A stretch of 64,000 nucleotides of DNA from Azolla caroliniana (GCA_043228905.1 JBHGNT010000014.1:13578001-13642000), one strand, 5' to 3'; positions 33,503 to 48,474 are shown, counted from the first letter of the stretch. The notes: generated from the sequence alone by a model not told the origin. A program made the numbers and translations.

Positions 33503-33610
33503 CCTTGATATATCTAATATCTACATATAGTTAACATATATAGTGTTTGCATTGTATTCCTTGATATATCTAATATCTACATATAGTTAACATATATAGT
33601 GTTTGCATTG
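33503..33610. repeat. 56-bp two-copy tandem duplication
   Basis: ccttgatatatctaatatctacatatagttaacatatatagtgtttgcattg at 33503 and 33559. Confidence 0.92.
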
Positions 33611-33860
33611 AATACGGCTTGTAAATCATTTATTATTAAATACAAACTCATGGAAGCAAAAAGTTGAACAATTTTTGAAAAAATTGAACCTATTATGAAG
33701 AATGTAAAGACTTGTATTTTAACTCGACGGATTTAACTATTGCTAAAGAAGATGATGAATTTGGGGTTAACAATGTAGTGTAGAGTGTTGACATTTGCCA
33801 TGAAATGAAAACTATCAAAAAAATTCTTTTGTTTTGGATGTTTCGATGTAGGTTTTAGGG

Positions 33861-36148
33861 TTAGGGGGTAGAGTTAAGGTAACTATCATTTAGTGGGAAA
33901 GAGAGTCTCTTTCTAGCAGAAGAGGTCATAGTTATTTGATCATATTGAGACGTACCATTGGGCCTTTGCTTGGGATTGCTAAGCGACCTTGTTTTGGCCC
34001 TTGCAGAGTGAGTAGCACACATATAGCGAGGGAGCGATGGTGAATTCGTTAGCATGAAGCTCTCTACATCATCATCATCATCATCATTTCTAATAGAAGT
34101 AGACCCTCCAATGCTACTCCTACTAACTTGGGTTGACCTAGGCTCATAATACATATTGGTTTGATTCGTACTCCATGTAGAAGACATTCCGCTACCACTT
34201 ATCTCGTCCTCCTCCTTTATTTTATCACAACTAGGGCTCATCCATGTTCTTCTTCTCATTTGAGTATATTCATTACATTTTTGTGATGTGGGTGATTTTC
34301 GTAAAGATTGAAAACTTTCATTCCACATTTGTGACCCATGAGCTCCATCAAGCTGCAAAAGAACCATTAGAAAATAGAAATAGTTATTTTCAATGGACAA
34401 TGGTAGTATTCTATAGAGAAAAGAGGTTATTTTATGCTAGTATGCTATCAGAAAAAGGACTTGTTTTAAGGGTAGTATTCAATGGATAGTAATCTTTTAT
34501 CTTTAGAATTAGAAAGAGTTAATTCAATGGACATAATGTTGATTGATAAAGGTATGAATCTATGGAAAACAAATGCTTTGTTCAATGCTAGTATTCATTC
34601 GAGCCAAGACAAGAGCATTATAATGTCTTTCAAATTTTCGCATTAAGGACTTCACATTGCAAGATTCGTATTCAACATCAACATGACGGGCTTCTTCAAG
34701 GGACAAAACCACAAGAAAATTGGTTTGTGTTGTTTTTTCATGCATGCATGAAAAGGAAACCAGCCCAATTTACACATAACATCTACCTAGTAAAATCTTG
34801 AAGATTGTAAGGAAACATGTGATGGGGACTTGGGGTGAAGTCTTAGTTATTATGTCTTCTTTACAGGAGTATTGTATTATACATGATTTTTTGGATTCAC
34901 CTATCACTTACTTGATGAACACTTTGTTTGTGTGCAAGCATCATTCTCTCATTCCTTTGCAAAGAGGCAACATCTTCAACTTCATCCGACCTTATTAGTG
35001 CGTGCCTTCGTCTCTCTTGAATGTGGCCTTGAACTTTTAGCAGCATCCTCATGCATCGGAACGTGGTGTCGGCTTGTTTCCGTGCCGCCGGGCTTGTGGC
35101 CAGACTTTGGACCCTTGCGATACGGCCTCGAAGAATTCGAAAAGCTCGTCGAGCCTAGTCACAAACAAAATCATTCGCAACGAAGTTCCAAAAACAACAA
35201 AAAAAACAAAAAAACATTGTAAGATACAACAAACTAGCGAGAGAATTATTGCTTACAATGTATCCTCTAAAAGCTTTTTGGATCTTGGTGGCAGCCACAT
35301 GTTGTTGTTGTTGTGTGTGGGTGGTGTGGGATCCCGGATTCGAACTTGTGATGCATCGATACGAAGAAGAAGAAGGCCGAGAAGACGAGGAAGAAGGCGA
35401 AGATGAAGGCGGTGTCATCTCGATACCGGTTTTCGGTATGCCCCCCGAGCTCCGAGCCAATTCCGCGGCCGCATGTGCAACCACCCCAGCAGCTTCTGCC
35501 ATTATGGCAAGTAGTGCTTGTGTCTGCTTGGTCTCCACCTCATCACCCATGCCTATCACCTCACTCTCTTCATCCACCTTTGGCAATATCTTCAGTGGAG
35601 ATTTGCTGGCAAAGCTCCATCTACTTCTACCTCCACCTCCACTATGTTGAAGATTATACTATATGTTTACAAACCAAATAATAAGTGTTTAATGGCCTTA
35701 CCCTTGATTCATGCATGCATGCATGCATCTATCTATGTAATAATGTATGTATGACCTTCCAAGTTTTACTCAAGCAATATACTCATACAAAATATATGCA
35801 TGCATAAATGTATATATGTATGTATGTATGTATGTTGCATGAATGTATGTATTGTATGTATGTATGTATGTATGAGCAACATTGAAGCTATGAAAAGGTT
35901 GACATCTTTCCAACATTTGACACCCACATGATGATGATGATGATGATGATGATGAGCAAGTAGATCAATTTCTTGATCATTCATGCCAATTTGTTTGTAG
36001 AGATTTCTGGGCCAGAACTTTGTACCTCATCTTCGGTTGGAGCTTTTGTTTGGGATGATGCCGAGTTCCGGTGGTGGTCGGCCGACTTCTTCGATCGCGG
36101 CCTAAACACATCGATAACCGCTGAGAACCAACCCCCTTTTCTACCCAT
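33861..36148 (-). CDS. IQ67-domain (IQD) calmodulin-binding protein; exons 36148-36026, 35658-35257, 35154-34912, 34352-33861
   Basis: MGRKGGWFSAV start, RWSF, VAHAAAE, AATKIQKAFRGYI|ARRAFRILRG with the phase-0 intron typical of the IQ67 domain, C-terminal PRYMCATHSARAKTRSLSNPKQRP and ARKRLSFP (DUF4005-like). Confidence 0.9.
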
Positions 36149-39100
36149 GGAATATAACTAGTTGGAAGTAATCAGAATTGCACTAGCAACTATGCAAGGT
36201 CATTGAAATTTAGTTAAAAAATTAGTGAGCCAAAAATGGAGTTGAAAGGAGAGAAGTTAAGATTATACTATGTTTATATATGTTATCTAACACTAGTTTT
36301 GACCTCAATTAACAAAAATGGGTCTTAGTAGTAGTAGTAGTACACCATGTGTGTGTCCTTATCTTACTTGACCTTAGGGACATATACATGTCCTGAAGTG
36401 AAGAAGAAAAAAAAGCTACACATATCTATAACACGATTAGAGTTTGAATCATCGACCGACGACACACTGGATTTAAGAGAGAATATAAATGGTGGGTTTT
36501 GATGTGATCGTGGGAGAGATGATGATCGGGTAAAGAAATATATTATTGAAAGATGGATAAAAGAAGGGGGGGAGGGGGGGGTGTTATGGAACAAAACATG
36601 ATGCGATCGAAGTAACTCGACTTGACCACATAATTTATGGACTTTCATATTGGCTATCCCCAAAACCAAAATAATGAACTCGAAGTGTTGCGCTACAATG
36701 TGTGTGTGTTCTTCTTCTTTGGAACGCTCCACAATGCGTGCCCACCTCTCCCAAGGGTAACATTATTAAGATTGAGGTGACTTATTATAGTTACCCCTCT
36801 TTCCGCTTGGGTGCATGTGTCCCATGCTTGTCCTCTTCCTAGGACACATAACCCTTTGCACAAAATGGCCAAACTTGTAATGTCCAACCCGTGTAACTTG
36901 ATTCCTTGCTCGAAATCACATTTCCTTTCACAACCACTACTCTCACATATGCCCATGCATATATAGGCAACCGTGCATGTGCACACTCACACAAACAAAC
37001 TAGTACATGGTTGAGTTATTAATCTTCCATGTACACATATCCACCATTTTTTGATGTACTTGAGTATGACATCACAATTTCTACAATGTCCATGTTGTAG
37101 AGATGAGTTCGTCGGTGAACGAGTTAAATCCTCATGTGCAAACTCTTATAGCACGTTGGACTCGGGATCGTAGAATTCATTTATGATATATTATTTATCG
37201 GAGTCTTCAAGACTAATGGGAAAGGAATTTTACCTTGAGTTCTTCTGTAAACAATTTAAAAACTTCTACAATTCTTGGCCTTGTCATAGTAATGGATTCT
37301 TGATATTGATGCATGAAAAAGATTTGGAAATTATTTGCCGACAAAGTCGAAGTAACTCATCGGTTATATGCAATTGATAGTACATTGTAGAAATTAAGAT
37401 GATCATTTCTTTTCTTAATTGGTTCAACCGCTAAAAAGTAACCACCCACACCTAAATTTAACATTTTTTTTTTCCAAAAAAAAATTTAACATTTTAAATG
37501 CGCATGGAAATGTATTATGTTAATATTTATATGTGTATCTCAATTAAGATGCTTTACACCCATTTAATAGATTATGGTCGCTAATTAAGATTTTAAATGA
37601 TTGTGTACCATTTAATAGATCACGGAGTCTTCCAAGAAACTTCAAGTCTAAGAAAAAATGTTAAGCCTTAACATATTGGAGCATTATTACATGCATAGAG
37701 AGCTCTTACACAAAAACAAAGTGCTACCAATTCTCACAAGATCTTTGAATTAATGGATACTCAATTAAAGAAGTTTGTCTCATTTATAACTTTTCTGCCA
37801 CTTTCACATTTGACATTATAGAGAAGTGTCAAGTCTACTGTGCTTACACATACATGGGCAATGCTCTTCATTCAAAGGATGATTTATGCATATGGCTATT
37901 TGCAATTGTTTAGACAAACATTTGGTTGAAAGCATTTGCAAATGACCTTGCTTTTCTAATTGAAAGTGCATAATCTTTGGGATTGTAAAGCATGGTCTTT
38001 TTTTTGAACGTGTACAACATCAAACATTTCGAAACGATGAGATGGAGAAGGTTAAAAGGTGAGAATGCTATCAAGATGGTGCATTTGTGTCTTATGTAAA
38101 TGTGATGTATTATATATGCTTAAACATGGTCCTTTATCCCGATCTCATTCTTTCAAAGGAGGGTTTCTTGTTCATTGCAATTTTAATTATGAGGATGAAG
38201 ATTATGAAAATTTAATGATTTGTTTCAATATACTACGTGTTGGGAACCTATTGTAGAACCCCTAACAAATAGCTAGTCACCATTAGATACAAGAAAAATA
38301 TGTGTTGTCATTTGCATTGTACATTTGATGCGAATATTTACATTAAGGGTTTAATTTAGAGTCAAAATACACGATTGTTAAGAGTCATGAACTTTTCGAT
38401 CATGCACACCCTAGAATATATGAAAATTATGCAATGGAGTCATAAGTTGTGCACTCTTGAACAAAGAATGAATACTAACCACCTTGTCGTAGGATCAAGT
38501 AAACAAAATTGGTTGTGAATATCCATTTGTGTACACTATCTATGGCTGTCATAAAATATAAATGGACATTAGTCCAGACTCTAGACATATGCCACGCATC
38601 CAAGACCTCTTAATGTCTTTTGAGGGTTCCAATGGCTTTGAGACAAATAATGTGCATGGATTCACACATGAGCTCACCTTGAGCATCAACCATGAAAAGG
38701 AAATATCATACCATTTGCATTTGATTGAATATCAAGTGTGGAATAAAAAACTTTCCATGGATTAGGATTACCTTGAATTTCTACAACCTGCACCTATATC
38801 AACTTCACTTCTCACCTATGGAATATGTACCTATGGTTTCAAAAATATGCCATCATGTTCTTGTATTTGAAAGTAAACATTTAATAAGGTAAAAAAGTCA
38901 TGAATTTGAAACACTAGTTTGTAAAATAGAATTGGTAGTGTCATTTAAAGTTGATAATATGATATATAAAAAACAATGCTTTTAGACTGCTTTTAAATCA
39001 AATGTTTTTGTCCTACTTTAAGACTTTTGTAAGGGGTTGAAACGTTGGCCAAAACTTATCTAATACATAAATAAATTCATCTTTTAATATTTATCAAGTA

Positions 39101-39794
39101 TCCACACAAAGTGCTTCCACTTTTGATTGGCATACATATTGTGTAAGTTTCCTTGGTACAACATAGATTGTCGTGACTCAAGTAAAGATATAAAGGAGTT
39201 ATATGTCTACAATCTTCACATGCCAATTAACCCAACATTGCTAGTGTAGCTGCGTATGACAAATAACTTCTCTTTCTTGGATAATCCTCAAAATGTATCC
39301 CTACAATCAAGATAACTAAGTGAATATTGATTGGAAATGTAAAAACGTAGCCCCATATGCATTAATAATGAAGAGATGTACAATGAAAGCTCTAGAAAAC
39401 AAAATAAGTCCTAAAACGGAAAGCAACATCAATGTGGGACTTGAACATGGATTTGACATTTACATGAACCACAAGCATATCTAAAAAGTTTTACATGAAT
39501 TTTTATTCGTAATTGATTTATAATCATATAGATAATCAATATCTTCTTACTTTTTATGTGATAGAGGATAATGCACATGTTTTGCAGCCTTCTCAAGATA
39601 GAAAAGGGAATTCAACATATTGAGTTATGATATGGATGATCATATATACATATATATTACCAAAAAATGGATATTATTAGCCGTGCATCACCCCACACTC
39701 TCTTCATTTATGACGTGTTACTATTAGTTGAGATGATATAAAAATGATGGTGTAGTGTCAAAACTTGTCTTTTTTAGCATAAAAGTTGTCAATT

Positions 39795-40130
39795 TGAGAA
39801 TTGTTTAAGGAGATTTGGCTTATGGTGGCGTGTTTATCGGTCTGGAACATTTGGACCAGGCGTTGTAAATTTGTTTTTCAGCAACAAAAGCTCTCATACG
39901 GGGAGGTGATGTTAAATATCTGGTTTGAACTTCTGGCTTGGTTGCATAGACGGTATGACTTGATTAAAGGGGAATCAGATGAAGCAAAAAGGGTAAGGTC
40001 AAAGTTCTTACTGAAATGGGGTGGTTCTCCCATGATGGTCAAATCTTCAACGAAGCCTAAGTGGAATTACCAGGCGCCTAGGTGGATGTTTCTATCGATG
40101 GCTCCCAATATTGTACATGGGATGTAATTA
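39795..40130 (+). pseudogene. LINE ORF2 C-terminal fragment (L1-type)
   Basis: VWNIWTRRCKFVFQQ...NIWFELLAWL..YDLIKGESD...FLLKW...WNYQAPRW parallels the LINE C-terminus at 21580-21760 (WTLWKQRCRRVF...EIWSEVVATL..YDGLKGDS). Confidence 0.75.
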
Positions 40131-40929
40131 TGTATGTATAGCTAAAGCACAAGTGGGTTAGCATAGTCGTGTTAACTAGATAACTAAGTTATAAAAGACT
40201 TCGTTGGGAGAAGTAGAGTCGGGGTAAAATGGGGTTTATTTATTTTTGTTGGAGTTAAGGGTCGTGTGAGTTTTTGTTTTATTTTATTATAGTTTTGGAG
40301 TTGTTCCTCCGAGTTGTACATGTTGATCCCATTGTGGATTCGAGTAAACCATGTTGCTGTATTCTATTTGCTAACTAATGCGAAGTAGTGTTTTTTTGGA
40401 AAAAAGAAGTTGTCAACTTGAGTCTTCATTAATGCCCTCAATATTGTGTTAAAGTTATTATAACGTTCTTCATGATTTAAGTTTTTGGGTTCATTCATAA
40501 TTAGCCCGTTGTTTTCTCCTAAAAGGTTAGTGTGATATACAAAACATGTATACAAGTTCAATGTTTAAGATCTAATTTTAAATGCCTTATTCCTAAATTT
40601 TCTATAAATTAAACAAATGTATAACATACTCCTATGGTAATCTTTTATTTGTCAAAAATGGATAAAAGGAATTTAGAAAAAACCTCTCAATAAAATGTAG
40701 TGATAGAGATACGTATCAAAACTAAGACGTGATCCTATTTTTTTTTATATCTACCCAAATTCTCTAAGTAATTCATAAAGGGCATTGTACATCGTGTTTA
40801 GTTAAATTAGTGTGTGAATAGGCGTATTCATGTGCTTGTAATAATGATTGAGTCTACATGAAAATGTAAATATGTATTGTCATAGTTCCCTTGATTTACT
40901 TTTGTTGGTATATTGAGCTCTAAAGAGCG

Positions 40930-41475
40930 CATTTATGTGAGTGAATTTTGAGCGTGAATATGCATTTACACATGCATGTGAGTTTTTTATGTGTTTGCGT
41001 GTGTTTACTTATACTTATGTGTGGGTTATGTGTTTATGTTATACAACTATGTGATGAGGCGACCATCTTACATGATTTGGACAACACTAGATTATGCCAC
41101 TTGGATGAACGTGTTGTGCATTACAATAGAATAGGCCGTATTGATGTGTGAATTGTGAGCGTGAATATGCATTTATATGTGTTTACACATGCATGTGAGT
41201 ATTTTATGTGCAATATGTTTTTGCCTGTGTTCTTATATTTATGTGTGTGTTATGTGTTTGTGTTATAGGATTATCTTATGGGTGACCATTTTACATGATC
41301 TAGAGAACACTCGCTTATGCCACTTGGATGAATGTGTTGTGCTTATACTTATGTGTGTGTTATGTGTTTGTGTTATAGGACTATCTGATGGGCGACCAAC
41401 TTACATGATCTAGAGAACACTAGATTATGCCACTTGGATGAATGCGTTGTGCACTACAACAGAATAGGCTATTAG
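40930..41475. repeat. Compound degenerate tandem repeat (GT-rich tracts plus ttacatgat..acacta..ttatgccacttggatgaa x3)
   Basis: Core ttatgccacttggatgaa occurs at ~41092, ~41315 and ~41425 with shared flanks. Confidence 0.85.
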
Positions 41476-41589
41476 TGATGCCAAAATGTGTATTTTAGTC
41501 ATGCTGCAAAGTTACAAAAAGTAACACTATGAAACTACTATTTTTTGGCATTTTTTGGCTTATAAATACTAATCTCCCTCCCATGCTCT

Positions 41590-41771
41590 TTTTTTATCGT
41601 AATAACCTTACCCTATTGGTAACTCAATTTTCTTACGTCCTTATATATCTCTAAACTTACTAGATGCCACTCTGGAATGTTTTTTTATCGTAATAACCTT
41701 ACCCTCTTGGTAACTCAATTTTCTTACCTCCTTATATATCTCTAAACTTACTAGATGCCACTATGGAATGT
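41590..41771. repeat. 91-bp two-copy tandem duplication
   Basis: ttttatcgtaataaccttaccct...ctaaacttactagatgccact repeated. Confidence 0.92.
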
Positions 41772-41827
41772 AAGGGTGGAACCCATAACCCCTGGGTCTC
41801 CAATGCGCAACCTTACCTACTAAGACA

Positions 41828-41862
<35 letters not shown>

Positions 41863-41866
<4 letters not shown>

Positions 41867-42567
41867 GACTTCCTAGAATTGCATGGAAAGCAAGCAAAAA
41901 GATCCAAAAGATGCATAAAAGCAAAAATTTGTGTTCCGGTTGGATGCAAGATTTAGAAAAATGGTTTGGTAGATGGGATGCAAGACACTTGCTTCATGAT
42001 GCGTCACTAGATTCCTCTGTAAATGAGACCTTTTTGCAATGCCAATGTATCATGACATGGGACAAATGTGGTGGATCACGCTTCACACATTATACTACAA
42101 ATGTTGCACCTAACTACAAAACCATATTCTTCGCGGAACGGGGAAGCCGTACACATCGATACATGTTAGAGACCATCCCAATATCTGCCATTCGAACCAT
42201 TGCTTCCATGCGACTTAGCTCGCACACATTGAGATGTGAGACGGGGCGTTGGGGCACAAGTGATGAGAGTGGCCGACTATGCACACTTTGCCCTAAACAA
42301 GTTCGAGAGTCTGAGTATCACACTTTGATACAATGCTCTGCCTTTGATCATATTCGACCATGCTTTCCACATCTCTTCGATCGAGCCTAGAATTTCTCTC
42401 ACAACCACGATGTGCACTCTCAATTGCAACATTCATTGGTAAAGTTCTTGAATATCGAGAGTTGCTACTCACCTTTACACGTATCACATGAAATGTAATA
42501 TTTTTGGTCTCATAGGTCATATTTGACCTATGAAGACGATAATATAATCTATCTATCTATCTCTCTC
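41863..42567 (+). mobile_element. 5'-truncated non-L1 LINE (RTEX/L2-like C-terminus) with (ATCT)n tail
   Basis: IASMRLSSHTLRCETGRW...RLCTLC...ESEYHTLIQC..FDHIR is the post-RT CCHC region of RTEX/L2-group LINEs. Ends in aatataatctatctatctatctctctc. Confidence 0.75.
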
Positions 42568-43052
42568 CTTACAAGTGAGCTCTTCTAATGGATAATGCCA
42601 ACTACTCATAATTGGATCATGACTATCATAGACCAAACTATTAAACAAGGTTTGTGAAATAATTATGATGGCCACCACGTCATGACTAGGCTCAAACTTG
42701 TGACCTATGTATACATATACCAAGGATTTAACCATTAAACCAACTAACATTAATAGCTTTTATATCATAAAGGGTTGAACTGTAGAACATTCTAGAACTT
42801 TTCTGAACATCCTAGAATGAAACCCCCTCACTCTTCTCAAACCATTCCGATTCAACGCTAGTCTCGAGTCCTCTAAGGAAGCCCTCTCTTGTATCTCTTT
42901 AACTTAATACATATTTCCTTATCTTTTTTTTTTTTTTTTTCCCCGTAAATAATGGCTTTCATTACGAAAGAAAAAACACCACCATGACTAACTTACAACA
43001 AACTATAGAACCCTTTCTATCTAGGGATCTAAAGAAAACTACGACACCAAAC

Positions 43053-46000
43053 TCAATGCCACCCTACACACCAATTCAAATGGCGAATATGATGATATGT
43101 GACCTTGCAGAGTTCTCTCTCTTCTTGGTTGAGATTTTGTGACTTCTCTAGCACTGTCAATTGCCACAAAAGAAGTCCTTTTAACTTAAGAACATATTTT
43201 CTCACCCCAACTTGTGAATAAAAAATGAAGGCATTCCGCATATTCCAATTGAACCATACCTCAAGAACTCAAAAATAATTTGAAAATGAGGCATCGGTTC
43301 ATTGTTCTCCATATGTGCAAAAACCCAACTGAAGGAAGATAGACTTACTCCTGTTAGAGACATCCACACTAAACTGATACACCCCCAAACCATCCTTGCC
43401 ATCGGGCATGAAATAAATCGATGCCTACTATGTTCCAATTCCAACGAACAAAAGAAACACAATCCTTTAGTAATGTTTCTTCTTTTTAATGCATCCCCTA
43501 ATGGTAAAGCTCCAACCATAACTCTCCAAATAAATATCTTGGCTTGTAGCATCAATCGAGAACACCAACCTGCCTTGATCACATGAAACCACCAAGTAAT
43601 GGGCTTATGAAAACCCCATATCTTTATAACCCTTTCTTCCAACCACTTATGTTTGTCAATCAACTTGTGATAAGCAACATTCGTTGAGATCATAGTCAAT
43701 CTCTTATTTCCAACAAACCTCCAATCAAGCTCTTGAGATCGCCCATCTAAATCAGGAATTGGCTCATGCAAAGATAGTATTTGTTGCAACTTATCCCAAA
43801 TAAAGTTATAACCTTTTGGAATACGAAATGTTGATCTTATTGTTCGAAAAGCCATTAATCTTCTTTGTGAAACCAACATAGCATCCTTAACTCTTACCAA
43901 ACCCAATCTAGCCATCCGATTAAATTGAAGGTTAAGAATTTGTTTACCTTCCCACCTCAACAACCTTGATGTTGCCAAAACCTCCATTTGTAATGAATTG
44001 GCACATCCCCTATCTTGTGGGGGATGCCATTCCACAAAATCCAACATACTTTGCCAAGCTGTCAACAAATGATTAACTATCATAGACCTTGTACATTTGA
44101 CATCCCTGTCAGAATTAATTACATTCCACCAATTCGCTTCAACCTTCATGTTTCCAAGCTTTATTCCGTTCTTCTCTATAAAGTATGCCACCATTTCTGT
44201 CCAAGGTTGTACACCTTCAAACATGAATCGAATGAAAGTAAATCGACGAGCCACCATATGCTCATATAGATTCAATATTGATGCCCCACCAAGACGCTTC
44301 GGAGTACAAACATGATCCCATGCCAACCATGACAAGGAACTTTTCCCTTTTCTTTTCCATAACAACATTCGCATCGAGCGTGACAACATTTCAAGAGCTT
44401 TCTTTGACCATGGGAGCAAAGGAAGATAATAAGATACCATAGAGACCATAATCGATTGGACCACCTTAAGTCGTACATGAAAAGGCCAAAATTGAGACCT
44501 CCAATACATAAACTTATCCTCCAACCTTTTGGATACCCACTCAATAAGTTTCACATGAGAAACTTCCACCCCAATTGGATATCCAAGATGACGACAAATC
44601 ATACCACGATGTACTATCCTTCCTGACCACCCCAACCCTAACACATCTTGTTCTGTACATGAAATGAGGACAAATTTATGTATATTAATTCTCAACCCTG
44701 AAGCATTTGAAAACAATTCCCACACATCTCTTGTCTTACTAATATTTTCCCGATTAGGTGCCAAAAACATAATATGGTCATCTGCGAGAGCTTGAACAAT
44801 ACATGGGTTCCCTGATGGCAACCTTAGTCCAAGCAATTCTTCCCCCATAGCCATATTGTGTAACTTAACAAGAATAGGATGTGTCACAATAGTGAATAGT
44901 AAAGGACTTACCGAGCATCCTTGTCTAACTGACCTCCGAATAGAAATCGGTTGGGTTACTCCTCCATTAAACATCACATGTGAAACCGAACCCTCCCCTA
45001 ATGTGTATATCAACTTAGACATACGATCACCAAAACCCATATGAGACATCAATTGATTTATAAATGACCAATCCACATTATCATAGGCTTTCTCGATATC
45101 CAATTGTAGCAACACTAATTCTTGTTTAGACTCCTTTGCATAGTCAATTGCCATTTGAACATTTAAAATATTATGTAAAATGTCTCTTTTTGCTAAAAAC
45201 CTATATTGAGCATTATGAATAATAGAAGGTAAAACCTTATGCAACCTATTGGCCATCACTTTTGCAAAAATCTTGTACATTCCCCCCATCAATGAAATAG
45301 GCCTCCATTGAGCAAAGGAAGATGGAGAAGGCACCTTCGGCAAAAGCTTGATCAAACCAATCTTCCAAGAATGAGGCATTTCCCCTGATGTCCACACCTT
45401 CTGAAATAAAATCGTAAAAGGCCCCTTTAACTTAATCACATATTTCTTAAAGAGTTCATGTGTTAATCCATCCCACCCAGGACTCTTATCATTAGCACGA
45501 TGTGACATGACATGTTCCGCCACATCATGCGATACATGATTTTTCACTCCATTAAAAAATACATCTCTATCCTTTTTAACATTATCATCGATACACACTT
45601 GTACATCCAACAATTGTGTATAATATTCTATGCATTTCTTCACAATTTCTTGAGGATCGGAACACATGATACCATTTTCCTCTAACCTTACCACATTATG
45701 TCGTGCATGTGATTCATGAAGGTCATGGAAAAACTTATGTGATTGACAATTAGCATCATCCACTTCTTGTCTTAGACGATGTAGTCTAGCATGTTGATAA
45801 TTTTTTGCCGTTAGGTCATGCATCGCAGAAATTAATACCTCTTGATATCCCATCAACTCTACATCCGTTGGCCAATAAGTTAACAATGAGTTGCATTTAT
45901 CAAGCAAATTAACTAGGAGACTTAATTTCTTTCTCCTTTTAAAAGCATGGTGAATTCCATAATATCTAGTTAACCTCTGAACATTTGCAACAAATACTTC

Positions 46001-46858
46001 CCACGCTTCATACCCATCAAATTGAACGTGATAGGCAAATGCATCAATCAATTGACACATATAGGCATGGAAGACCTCATGATCCAAAAATGATGAATTA
46101 AAAATCAACGGTGGTTTTCCTAAAAACTCATGAAAACCTCTAATTGAGTGGTGATTGAACTCAAAAATTAATGGGAAATGATCTGATATAATTGACCCAT
46201 AAGACACTGAAATATCCAAAATCTCTGGTAAAAAACCTTCGGTATGCATTACATACATTCGATCCAACCTACTCCAAGTATCCTTATATTGGGCTGATTG
46301 AAAGGTATAACCAGGTTCATCTCCCTTGATCCATTTCCATACATCCCTTAACATGACTTCAATCTCAAAATCTCCCCATTCTTGAGCCTCTGGTCCATCC
46401 ATAATAGAGTGGATAGATGTTGATTGATCTGTCTCACAACAAACATTAAAATCTCCCATCAATAAACCCGGTCTACCATTATGAAGCACGGAGTTTAGAG
46501 ATCTCCATAACAACTTTCGTTCTTGTGAAACATTTGATGCATACACACCAACTAACCAAATAGCTTGCCCTTCATAACATATCTCTACCACAATAAATCT
46601 TCCAAATTCATCTGAAACAATTACTTTTGGGTGAAATTTATCTCTTATAAACATGACAATCCCAGAATAATCCCCATGAACCTTGCCAGCATAACATAAT
46701 GTATAACCCTTAGAATAACTAATTAAACCAGCATTCCGATGATCTTTATGCTCTACTGCACATAAAACATCCCATTGCTCACTTAACACAATCCTCCAAA
46801 CCTCATGCATTCTAAATCTAGAACACAATCCCCTCACATTCCATGTGGTGATCTTCAT
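43053..46858 (-). CDS. LINE ORF2 (endonuclease-reverse transcriptase); 1218-aa open frame to 43202, true C-terminus probably reached through a frameshift near 43245
   Basis: MKITTWNVRGL, MGDFN, SRLDRMY, SDHFP (APE); KSPGWDG, WRPISLM, LDIEKAYDNVDW, SVRQGC, ALADD, HLGYPIG (RT); KRLGG; CFFC..E..RHRFISC (zf-RVT). Confidence 0.92.
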
Positions 46859-48192
46859 ACTTTATTTTTTCCTTTTATTCGAGAAATCTCCTTCTCCTTC
46901 ACTGCTAATGTTTCTGCCATATCCTGAAATAAACCCCCTAAGATTGCATATGAATTACTATGGGAATGCAAAACTCCAGACCCCGATGGTTCCTCATGTG
47001 AACGAGGCACCGATTTCCGTTTATTCCAAGGAACATACAAATTACCTTTATTATCAAAAGATAATTTCTTTGGATAGTCCTCTTGACGAACCCATGGTTT
47101 ATTCCGCATGGGATGTGTCGGTGTGACCTTCTCCATAGATACATTATGCCCAACTTTTTTATTAGACTTCTTCATCTTTCCAGAAACTATTGACCATTGT
47201 CCTTCATCCTCTAGAGTCTTTCCATCCTTCTCATTCACAATTTGTGGTTCCTTTGTTTGCTCTGAAATTGTCAAATCTTGAATCTGATCATGAGTTGTAG
47301 GCTCTTCATGTACCACTTCCACTACATTATTTCTTTTTTGAGGACATTCAACCATAAAATGCCCCAACACACCACAATGGAAACAATGTCTTGCAAATGT
47401 ACCCCATTTAAGCCGAAAATACATAGGTGGCATACCAGAACATGCAATCTGTAAACAACGTGGCCTCTTTATAGCAGTATTCCAAAGAATACACATCCGA
47501 TATCGATTTTGAGCATTAGCACTAGGAGGCACCAAGATCTTTCCCAACTTTTCCATCGCTGACCGTAATATTGGCCAAACCACTGAATATGTGCACTCTA
47601 CCTCAACCCATACGGGACACTCTTGCTTTAATATATCTTGATATTCCACTAATGGTCGCCACGGAACAATATGAACCAAACTTTTCTCATAAAAAACTGG
47701 CAATTTATTGAGTCATTTCTCTTTATACTCTTGTGATACCAAAACAACCTCATAAAATCCACGAGGACCAGCATAAACATCCTGAACACAATCAGCTTGT
47801 AAAATCCCACGTAACCATTGTTTGACCCTCCAAAGGAAAGGTATCTTTCCCGTGAAAAACAATATGACCCCTTTATCACAAAAATTAGCAAATGAGCCCA
47901 AAAACTCCTTATTGTCTATTTCTACCTTAGCCACTTCATCGTCAACAAACTCCTCAGCAACTTTCACATTCTCCCTTATACAATCTTCCATTAATATATT
48001 TGCCATGCATCTTAAATGTTCCCAATGACTATCATCTTTCTCAATATCATCTTGTCGCATTGCATCAGCATAAGACATGTCATTACTATTATCTCCAATA
48101 CATCATTTTCTTTTACCATCCCCTCTTGGGCTTGATACTAACTCCACCATGCACGCATCCTTTGAAGAATTTGGAGACTCATCCATATTCAT
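46855..48192 (-). pseudogene. LINE ORF1 (gag-like, CCHC zinc knuckle), disrupted by an in-frame TGA near 48105 and a frameshift near 47710
   Basis: ORF pieces 48078-47713 and 47703-46855. GPRGFYEV, CPVWVE, CFHCGVLGHFMVECP. An in-frame upstream ATG at 48192 is separated from the 48078 ATG by one stop. Confidence 0.8.
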
Positions 48193-48474
48193 GAAAACAC
48201 TACCATCCATATGACAAGAAATAGGAGAGAGTTCACTTACAAGTAATTGTGTTGGAGAAGGAATCAAAGCAAGCGATCATGAGATGCATGCAGTCGAATG
48301 GAATTTTTACTCGTAACGTTCTACCAAGACCTCCAAACGATACGTGCAGATACTCTTTAGAAAGCTCTATGTGCAGGCTTCGAAACGAGCTAAAGAACAA
48401 AGCAAACGGACACCGTAGCAAGAAGATACATCAAAATTAGTGTTTGCCCTTCTCCAATATCTCCGAACTTTGCG

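Noticed and set aside
35074-35754. Plus-strand ORFs overlapping the IQD gene
   Set aside because: Antisense shadows of a low-complexity exon.
42890-42923. TSD for the large L1 element
   Set aside because: Only loose matches near 48097 (inside ORF1) and 48445 were seen. Neither is adjacent or exact enough.
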